Virus record (IMG/VR): IMGVR_UViG_3300034050_000451
Coordinates: 186,001 to 250,000 of that record
Length of the DNA stretch: 64,000 nt
Direction: 5' to 3' (one strand)
In this document: positions 56,883 through 64,000 of the stretch, piece by piece
Position numbering within the stretch: position 1 is the stretch's first letter
How the letters are laid out: each line of letters begins with the position of its first letter
The notes under the pieces: model-generated
Told to the model about the DNA's origin: nothing
The model's input: the letters and a program-made list of their open reading frames with translations, nothing else
Databases searched by the model: none
Program-made: the position numbers and the translations under genes

Positions 56883-57642
56883 TTACTAATTTCCAACCTT
56901 TAATTCTTTGTTCGTGAAAATATTGATTCATTAATTGTTTAAATGGTGTACCTTCTACACTAGCTTGGTTTGATTCCCATAGTGAGTTAGCATCACCACC
57001 ATATTCAGCTCCTTTGATACTCCCCCATAGGGATTTATCATCTTTAGGATGTGGCGGTACAAATGTAGGTATTCCTGCATACTTTTGTAACATATACGAA
57101 AAGTGCATATCTTCACCACAGGTATTGTATTTTGGGTCAGGTAATTCTCTCACCATATGAGATAACCATTCTTTCTTAAAGAACCAACTATGTCCAACTA
57201 AATCAACTTGTACAGTTCTTTCATTGTTACCTAATTCCGGCCATCCGAATCTTAAGTAGTGTTCGTAATAAGATGAATGTTCCGCTGGTAATGGGTTTGG
57301 ATAAAGTAATCCAACTGAACCCAATAAACCTTCATGTGTTTTCATAGTTTCCATACAATTTTCTAACCATCTTTCGCCAGGGATTGTATCATCATCAAAT
57401 ACACAAACATAAGGATTTCTAGCGTTCATTGCGAAGTAGAATCTTGCCCATACACCAAAGTTGTAATTACAATATGCAACTGGAATTTCCGTTCCAATAT
57501 CATAATTCAACAAATCGTTATCACCTGGATTATTATACCATAAAAGAATCTCATCCGGCTTTACCGTTTGATTCCTTAGAGCTTCTAATTGTTCGTTGAG
57601 GTTTTCGCCTCTCTTATAACCATTTAATATAACTGTTATCAT
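56872..57642 (-). CDS. GT-A fold glycosyltransferase
   Basis: VFDDD and GED motifs. Confidence 0.75.
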   Translation of the reverse strand: MITVILNGYKRGENLNEQLEALRNQTVKPDEILLWYNNPGDNDLLNYDIGTEIPVAYCNYNFGVWARFYFAMNARNPYVCVFDDDTIPGERWLENCMETMKTHEGLLGSVGLLYPNPLPAEHSSYYEHYLRFGWPELGNNERTVQVDLVGHSWFFKKEWLSHMVRELPDPKYNTCGEDMHFSYMLQKYAGIPTFVPPHPKDDKSLWGSIKGAEYGGDANSLWESNQASVEGTPFKQLMNQYFHEQRIKGWKLVNEK

Positions 57643-58616
57643 ATTTTATTCATCATTTGTTTTAACCAAACTTCTTTTGTATAGTAAGTTTGGTAATTAT
57701 CTTTTGCTTCTTCACTTTTCTTTTTGTAGAAAATGGGGTCTTTTAACATCTCAACCATTAACATAGCTGATTCAATATCAGATACATCTACTGATAAGTT
57801 TGGATGTAGCAATCGTTGTGTATCTAACTTTTCATTACCAATTACAGGTATCCCAAAATATGCACAATTAAGTGAGAATGTACCAGCTGCTACCGTTGGC
57901 ATTAGATGTACACCATATTTGAATTTAGATACTTCTACCATCCAATCGTTCCAATTCATTCTTGGGAAGTGGGATAGGTTACCAATACCACCTTCATTTA
58001 CTCTTTTTGAGTGAGATTCTTGTCCCCATATTGGTAATCCAAATTCAGATGCTACCATATAAGATTCAAACCCACCATACCATCGGGAGAAGTTACCACC
58101 AATCAGTACTTTATCCTCAGTAATAGGTTGAATATCTTTGATGAAATCCTCTATCATAAGTGAATGAATTATCTCTACCTTTTTATTCCAGAATAATCCT
58201 CTATAATATTGAGAATCTGATAGATTGTGTGCAAATATACCATCAGTAAGTGATAAAAAGTTATAGAACTGAATTTGGTCTATAACTTCATAATCATTCC
58301 ACCACCAATGTGGTCCTTCTTGAATGTAATATACTTTAGTATTACTTTCTTTTAAAGTTGGTATTATTGGTTGTTGTAAATATTTAGATACTGGATTTAC
58401 TCCATTTACTAATGTACTACCTTCAGAATTTAAATAGGTTTTTCCTTTTGGAAATATGATAAATACAACATCATAGTTTTTAACCGAATCATAAGTTTCT
58501 AATGGATAGTGAACCGCATTAAGAGCGTTCATCCAAGCAAACTCAGTTCTCATATTATTATGAGTTGGTGGGATAGTTCCACTAAATCCCATTTCAGTTA
58601 AAAATGCTATTCTCAT
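57639..58616 (-). CDS. GT-B fold glycosyltransferase
   Basis: C-terminal AGTFSLNCAYFGIPVIG. Confidence 0.7.
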   Translation of the reverse strand: MRIAFLTEMGFSGTIPPTHNNMRTEFAWMNALNAVHYPLETYDSVKNYDVVFIIFPKGKTYLNSEGSTLVNGVNPVSKYLQQPIIPTLKESNTKVYYIQEGPHWWWNDYEVIDQIQFYNFLSLTDGIFAHNLSDSQYYRGLFWNKKVEIIHSLMIEDFIKDIQPITEDKVLIGGNFSRWYGGFESYMVASEFGLPIWGQESHSKRVNEGGIGNLSHFPRMNWNDWMVEVSKFKYGVHLMPTVAAGTFSLNCAYFGIPVIGNEKLDTQRLLHPNLSVDVSDIESAMLMVEMLKDPIFYKKKSEEAKDNYQTYYTKEVWLKQMMNKI

Positions 58617-59242
58617 ATAGTATCGTACAATTCGTTTTGTTTTTCTTGTCTTTCTATTCCTTTAGGGTGATAGATAGCGTATTCCTCTTGCAATGGTAGG
58701 ATAGTTAATGTATTATAACCTTTGATTCTTTCATGTACTTTACCATCCCACTCAATCTCCGATGTTCTTCGGTAAATTCTAGTTTGTAAATCAGGCCAGT
58801 TAATCCAACCATTTGGATTTAATTGCCATCCCCATTTTTTAATATGTTCATCGGTTAATCCTTCAACGGTATTAACTCTTGGTACAAAGAATAAATCAAT
58901 ATCTAAGTTAGCTTCGATTAAATCGTGCATATTTTCAATCAAAAATTCCGATGGGATTTCATCTGCATCCAATTGGAAAATAAAGATACCATTTGCATGA
59001 TTCTTTAAGTTGTTTTTAAAACTTGCAAAATCCTTATTAAGTGGAAAACTTATTATGTTTATGTTTTGATGTAATTCACCTATAATTCTTAGATAGTTTA
59101 CCACATCTTCAGTAGCCCCATCTGAATCATATTGAATCAAAATCTCATCCTCTTTTTGAATTCTCGGATGTATGAAATTGATTAATTTTGTAATCTCTTC
59201 AATTTCATTACAAACTGTAACTGCATATGTTATATTAACCAT
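58613..59242 (-). CDS. GT2 glycosyltransferase
   Basis: CNE, QLDADE, WPD.Q.R and VHE motifs. Confidence 0.88.
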   Translation of the reverse strand: MVNITYAVTVCNEIEEITKLINFIHPRIQKEDEILIQYDSDGATEDVVNYLRIIGELHQNINIISFPLNKDFASFKNNLKNHANGIFIFQLDADEIPSEFLIENMHDLIEANLDIDLFFVPRVNTVEGLTDEHIKKWGWQLNPNGWINWPDLQTRIYRRTSEIEWDGKVHERIKGYNTLTILPLQEEYAIYHPKGIERQEKQNELYDTI

Positions 59243-59720
59243 AATATTCTTCTAATACATTTTTCTTAAAAAATACTTCACTCATATATTGAATCCCATC
59301 TTTGTTATATGTACGATATGGATTTTCAATCTTTTTTAATTCAATACCAGTTTTAACGTAACTATTATAGATACGTTCTCCACCTCTATCATATACAGTT
59401 GCTATATCATATAATCCAACATTTGTAGTTTTTTGTTCATTTAAAACTTTATTAGCTTTATCTTCCAATTTCTTAAACCATTTGAAAAAATCTTCCGGTT
59501 TAATTGATGATAATTTAATTGCTGAGAACTTTTGTTCATATATTCCCGTTACGAATATAATAGTTGAATCGGCTCCACTTAGGGATTCCTTATTACCATC
59601 CGCATATTTGTAAGTAGATATACGATATACCCCATACGGCTGTACAGCCGAACGGGATACACGTTTTTCTTCTAATATTAGTGGTTTATACTTTATTGCC
59701 TGATTTGGAGTAGTTGCCAT
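59235..59720 (-). CDS. hypothetical protein, weakly reminiscent of T4 gp2 DNA end protector
   Basis: Y..Y...IFV.G...AIKL...YRTY pattern. Confidence 0.35.
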   Translation of the reverse strand: MATTPNQAIKYKPLILEEKRVSRSAVQPYGVYRISTYKYADGNKESLSGADSTIIFVTGIYEQKFSAIKLSSIKPEDFFKWFKKLEDKANKVLNEQKTTNVGLYDIATVYDRGGERIYNSYVKTGIELKKIENPYRTYNKDGIQYMSEVFFKKNVLEEYYG

Positions 59721-61015
59721 TATACTTTATTTAGTTTAGGTAATTCCATTTTGTTTTTGTTTAAATTTGGTAGGTTGAATGGTTTTACCTGCGGTATTCC
59801 CTTTTCATATCTTTCCATCATTTGTTTAAAAACTTCATGCATTTTTTCTAATGTAAAATTCTTTAATGTGTTGGATTTTAATCCAGCCGATTGTTTTAAA
59901 TGTACATCGTAATCATTAAATACCTTATATAATTTGTTGGCCGCATCTGAGTAGTTTACACTAAACCATTGTGCATTTGCTAATATAAATGTATCAACTG
60001 CGGATTCATCAATATTTGTTAATGAACCCTCTAAAAATATAGTGTGTTCTTTTGGTAAGAAATCCATTTGTCCGCTCCACCCAGAAACAACAATTGGTTT
60101 ACCGGTCATAGTGAATTCAGCTAATGGTCTACCATATCCTTCACCTTTAGTAAATGAAACCATTGCTTTAACTTTTGGATGATGGTATAATGATGCCATT
60201 TCATCATCAGTTAAATCACCATGTAAAAGATATACTTTAGGTGCATCCTTACCAAATGGTTTTAATATATTATCAATCTTATCTCTTGTAGCTTCTCTAT
60301 CCATTACTGAAAATCCAGCATGTGAGGTTTTCATAATAAGACCAGGTCTTTTATCTTTAGGTAGATATTTGAATACTGTAGCGAATGTTTTAATAACCAT
60401 ACCTACATCTTTCCTATCTTGCCCTAAATTTCCCTTTAACCAATGCCCAACAAATAAGAAATTAAAATCAGTTTCTAATTTATCTAACTCAGTTAATGAG
60501 TTGACCGGGTTTGAGTAAATTTCAGTATTTACACCTTCGAACAAAACTTCAACTGGTTTACTAATTCTGAACTCATTTACTATCTGCCCCGTTTGATTAT
60601 TTTTTTCTTGATATGCAGTACCTAACATCAAATTCTTTGTGAATTGAGATGGTACTATAACCATATCCATTTTATTTGAACCATCAATAAATTCCTTTGG
60701 TAAAATAGTAGTTTCTACACCAGCAGTAATACCAATGTTAAAATTACCCTTTGCTTCAAATTCATTAGCAACGGACATCTGCATAAAGATATCCGGCTTT
60801 CGGTTCAATTCGGTAATTACATTTGCAAATACCTTTTTACCAAATTCAGTTGTTTGGTCAACTTGATTTTGTGGAGTATTTCCCCATCTGGTTGGTACAA
60901 CTTTAACATCGTACTTATCCATTTCAAATAAGCTTCGTAAGATATCTCTCGCATGGTCACCATAACCACTTCGAGTGAATACTGGAGCTTGATATACTAA
61001 TAATGGTTTATTCAT
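59720..61015 (-). CDS. GT4-like glycosyltransferase
   Basis: SGYG, RKD and GEGYGRPLAE motifs. Confidence 0.88.
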   Translation of the reverse strand: MNKPLLVYQAPVFTRSGYGDHARDILRSLFEMDKYDVKVVPTRWGNTPQNQVDQTTEFGKKVFANVITELNRKPDIFMQMSVANEFEAKGNFNIGITAGVETTILPKEFIDGSNKMDMVIVPSQFTKNLMLGTAYQEKNNQTGQIVNEFRISKPVEVLFEGVNTEIYSNPVNSLTELDKLETDFNFLFVGHWLKGNLGQDRKDVGMVIKTFATVFKYLPKDKRPGLIMKTSHAGFSVMDREATRDKIDNILKPFGKDAPKVYLLHGDLTDDEMASLYHHPKVKAMVSFTKGEGYGRPLAEFTMTGKPIVVSGWSGQMDFLPKEHTIFLEGSLTNIDESAVDTFILANAQWFSVNYSDAANKLYKVFNDYDVHLKQSAGLKSNTLKNFTLEKMHEVFKQMMERYEKGIPQVKPFNLPNLNKNKMELPKLNKV

Positions 61016-61032
61016 AACTTTTTATTTTCTTC

Positions 61033-62424
61033 TTAATTCAATTTAAATAGTTCGTATGATTTACGAGGTTTCCAATTTTCAAAGGTTCCTTCCATTCCAT
61101 CAACTAATGTTTTACACATATTTTCTGAACTTAATCCTATTTCACCAATGAAAGCTTCTCTTCCCTTTAATCCATTCTCTAAAAGAGTTTCTTTTGGTGT
61201 ATTGTACATATCCATCATTGCTTTAGCAACATCATAGATATCAACTTTATCATCCCAAATATATGGTGTTGGAACTGAACCTGTTAATGATTGTGCTCTA
61301 CTCCATACAGGTCTAACCCAAGGTCCTGGTTCTAATTTATCTTCCCAATCTCTCCAATTGTGAAGTGAACCAATTTTGATATAATCTTCCGAATTAACCA
61401 ATTTTCCACTATCTTTATACCTAAAACCACATTGGTCTTGCAAACCACCAGTTACGTTTACGATAATTGGGGTACCAGCCATTATAGATTCAGCGGTTGT
61501 TAATCCAAATCCCTCATTACCAGCGATATTGATTGTTACATCAGCCATATTGTATAGGTAATTTAATTCATTTGTAGTTCTACGTTTATCTGAAAATATA
61601 ACGTTACAATTTGGTGCTAATGTACTATAAACCGTTGGTAAATCGGTACCATTTTCATCGATAGGTTGTGTGTGCATCACTAAGCAAACTTTAGATGCTT
61701 TTTCTTCACCCAATTCCTCACAAAATTGTTTAAATGCCATAATAACATCAGATGGTTGTTTTCTACGAATATTTCGGTTTGACCAAAAGAATACAAAATC
61801 ATATTCTTTACCACCTAATATCTCAGAACGAAATTCGGCTGGTACTTCTGTTGGGAAATATTCTTTTGAATTAATACCATGTGGTACATAGGATACCTGC
61901 CAATCTGAATGAGGTTTCCAAGTTGGCTTGTCCGTTAATGCGGTTAAACGGGATACGATACCATAGGTTTGACGAGAAATGCATCCAATCCAATCACAAC
62001 TTTCGTAATAGTTACGATTATATAATGGGTCTGGTAAATCATCCCAAATAGCGTAAAACATAATTGGAACATTTTGTCTAATCTCATGCTCCATCTCATA
62101 TAACCAAATCCAATATCTCGGGTCGGTAAAGTGTAATATAGCATCAGGTTGTTCAGCGTTGATTAATTGTCTAACCAATCCAGCATCACCATATCCAGTC
62201 CAAGGTAGTATTTTAACACTAGCATCTGCTACACCAGTTTGAGCGGCAACATCAACAGATACATCCAATACTTTACCTTGCTCAGGGTGATTAATTGCGG
62301 CTCCTACTTGGAACCAATCGTACTTGTCAACAGTACCCATTACTAATGCTTTGCTCATAGTGGCAATACCACTTGCCATTCGCAAATCATCAGAAAGCAA
62401 TAAAATCTTTTTCTTTTTATTCAT
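61033..62424 (-). CDS. GT4-like glycosyltransferase
   Basis: NRNIRRK and EGFGLTTAES..GTP motifs. Confidence 0.9.
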   Translation of the reverse strand: MNKKKKILLLSDDLRMASGIATMSKALVMGTVDKYDWFQVGAAINHPEQGKVLDVSVDVAAQTGVADASVKILPWTGYGDAGLVRQLINAEQPDAILHFTDPRYWIWLYEMEHEIRQNVPIMFYAIWDDLPDPLYNRNYYESCDWIGCISRQTYGIVSRLTALTDKPTWKPHSDWQVSYVPHGINSKEYFPTEVPAEFRSEILGGKEYDFVFFWSNRNIRRKQPSDVIMAFKQFCEELGEEKASKVCLVMHTQPIDENGTDLPTVYSTLAPNCNVIFSDKRRTTNELNYLYNMADVTINIAGNEGFGLTTAESIMAGTPIIVNVTGGLQDQCGFRYKDSGKLVNSEDYIKIGSLHNWRDWEDKLEPGPWVRPVWSRAQSLTGSVPTPYIWDDKVDIYDVAKAMMDMYNTPKETLLENGLKGREAFIGEIGLSSENMCKTLVDGMEGTFENWKPRKSYELFKLN

Positions 62425-62447
62425 AACTTATTGAAATAACTTTTTTT

Positions 62448-62645
62448 TTAAAATTGAGAACCAGAGATTTGTAATTTCAGATATTCGTTCATTTCGTTTC
62501 TGAATTTTTCATCTGTAACATATCTCTCTACAGTTCTATTTACTAATTTTTGTAAGGTAACATCCGATTCAAAAGATACACTTTTAAAATTCGAATATAC
62601 TCCCTTTAGAATCTTAACAGTTGTTAATTTTGTTTGGGTTTCCAT
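62448..62645 (-). CDS. small ribbon-helix-helix-like DNA-binding protein
   Basis: LTTVKI strand followed by two helices. Confidence 0.55.
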   Translation of the reverse strand: METQTKLTTVKILKGVYSNFKSVSFESDVTLQKLVNRTVERYVTDEKFRNEMNEYLKLQISGSQF

Positions 62646-62694
62646 ATTGTTTATATTAATTTATATATATAAGTATATGGATATTTATTTTTCG

Positions 62695-63561
62695 TTAAGA
62701 AATCCCATCACATAAACCTCGTTGGCCGAATTCACAAAATTTACAATTCTTTTTTCGTTCTCCGGGGTTTTTTGGATATGGAACATCTCTAAATTTACCC
62801 TCATCATCAAATACACTATTCACAAATTCCATAAACTCACCATATACTTTATTTACAGTTGGTTTTCCAGATGCAGGAATGTGTTTTGACATATATGGAA
62901 TTGGAAATGGAGCCTCTTCAGGCATTTTCCTTCTCATAATCTGATACTCTACTTTGATTTTATCCAAAGGAATATTAAATAATTCAGAATAATATTTTTT
63001 ATAGATTATAATCTGAGCGTTCTTTAACTTATCAGCTTTTTGGTACTTATTCCATCCCATTGTTGATGTTTTTAAATCAATGATGATAATTTCACCAGTT
63101 GATAAATCTCTCATTACAATATCGATAAATCCAATAAGATATACACCTTCTTTAATAGGTGCATTAAGTGGAATTTCAATTCCAACTAATTCAAACCCAG
63201 TTTTAGTGTAGAACTTATCTAATTTCTTTTTGAACCACTCAAGGATTCTTCTACCATCACCATAGAACTCTTCTAACTCCAATTGGGTACATATTACACC
63301 CGAACTAAGTTTTTCAGTTTCTTTGATATATTCTTTACGCATCCATTCTAATAATAACTTATCAGTATCAATTAGTTCCGCTTGCTTTTTAGAAACCCCA
63401 TACATAACCGAAAGGAAATGTTGGATTGTTTCGTGCATTGCGGTTCCAAAGAGTGTATGAATATTGGCAGAACTTTCACCCAACTTATCGATGTATCTCA
63501 ACTTATATTGTTGAGGACATGAACTCCATGTTGAGAATTGTGAAAAACTTACTTTTGCCAT
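62695..63561 (-). CDS. PD-(D/E)XK exonuclease (Cas4/AddB-like, Fe-S Cys)
   Basis: SFS...CP, GFID, IDLKT, Q..IY and CKFC...C motifs. Confidence 0.88.
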   Translation of the reverse strand: MAKVSFSQFSTWSSCPQQYKLRYIDKLGESSANIHTLFGTAMHETIQHFLSVMYGVSKKQAELIDTDKLLLEWMRKEYIKETEKLSSGVICTQLELEEFYGDGRRILEWFKKKLDKFYTKTGFELVGIEIPLNAPIKEGVYLIGFIDIVMRDLSTGEIIIIDLKTSTMGWNKYQKADKLKNAQIIIYKKYYSELFNIPLDKIKVEYQIMRRKMPEEAPFPIPYMSKHIPASGKPTVNKVYGEFMEFVNSVFDDEGKFRDVPYPKNPGERKKNCKFCEFGQRGLCDGIS

Positions 63562-63579
63562 AACTTTAATTTTATATTA

Positions 63580-63614
63580 CAAATATACAAAAAAAGTTTG
63601 GATTTTCCAAACTT
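63580..63614 (-). promoter_or_regulatory. Bacteroidota-type promoter overlapping a hairpin
   Basis: AAAGTTTGGA..TCCAAACTTT plus TGTATATTTG. Confidence 0.7.
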
Positions 63615-63625
63615 TAATTGATTTA

Positions 63626-64000
63626 TTATACGTTTATTTTTAGTTTTTTTATCACTTTTGGGTCTGTCCCATAGTTTTCAGCCAACTCAATAATTTTTTG
63701 TTTACCAGTGTGAGATGCATATAATATCTTTAGATAATCTTCTGCTTCTATCTTTGATACTTCATAGTTTTTAGCTACCAAATCTATTAACCATCCCTCA
63801 TACTTATCAGCACCCTTTGGTTTGATGTATTTCATAAAATGTCTACCCTTTGGGAGTAAATCAATTAAAGCCAAATACATTGCTTTAGGTGGTACTTCCT
63901 GAAGATATGGTTGAACACTAGCGATAGTTTCTACCCACTCATATTTCATAGATAGAAAACGGAGTACCATATAGTTTGACCAGGTCTTACGGTCACTCTC
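63626..64000 (-). CDS. clamp-loader small subunit (T4 gp62-like), 5' truncated
   Basis: YMVLRFLSM...LPKGRHFMKYIK...VAKNYEVS..EA.DY; the frame is open to the window edge. Confidence 0.65.
   Translation of the reverse strand, partial: ESDRKTWSNYMVLRFLSMKYEWVETIASVQPYLQEVPPKAMYLALIDLLPKGRHFMKYIKPKGADKYEGWLIDLVAKNYEVSKIEAEDYLKILYASHTGKQKIIELAENYGTDPKVIKKLKINV

Noticed and set aside
62695-63561. Cas4-like nuclease as evidence of a CRISPR-Cas system
   Set aside because: It is a stand-alone PD-(D/E)XK exonuclease beside replication genes; there is no array or other cas gene.

Overview
This is an AT-rich segment of a large lytic phage genome (jumbo/T4-like architecture), with essentially all genes on the minus strand. 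The host is most likely a Bacteroidota bacterium: about 20 copies of the -33 TTG / -7 TAnnTTTG promoter, no Shine-Dalgarno sites at the gene starts inspected, a Bacteroidota-like GroEL, a DUF4494-like protein and a phage bS21. From left to right the window holds: the start of a tRNA array (tRNA-Asn plus a partial tRNA); small early genes in promoter-flanked cassettes; groEL/groES; heme oxygenase plus a ferredoxin-dependent bilin reductase; thyA; a DNA methyltransferase; a secreted nuclease; DNA ligase; a MoxR-AAA/vWA pair; a CpcT/CpeT-like bilin lyase; two glycan-biosynthesis clusters; a Ser-rich fibre; bS21; a block of putative head-internal proteins; a Cas4/AddB-like nuclease; and a partial clamp-loader subunit. 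The most striking signal is at 133-412, an apparent ribosome-dependent transcription attenuator upstream of the tRNA array. Its 41-codon leader ORF contains all 20 amino acids in 31 distinct codons, and its 3' end forms an antiterminator mutually exclusive with the terminator in front of the first tRNA, making it a candidate pan-tRNA depletion sensor. Other highlights are a bilin synthesis and attachment set in a phage of an apparently non-photosynthetic host, and a shared N-terminal MIxLxxLLxE signal with [ILV]xE-delimited polyproteins. All calls come from reading motifs by eye; no searches or folding programs were run.
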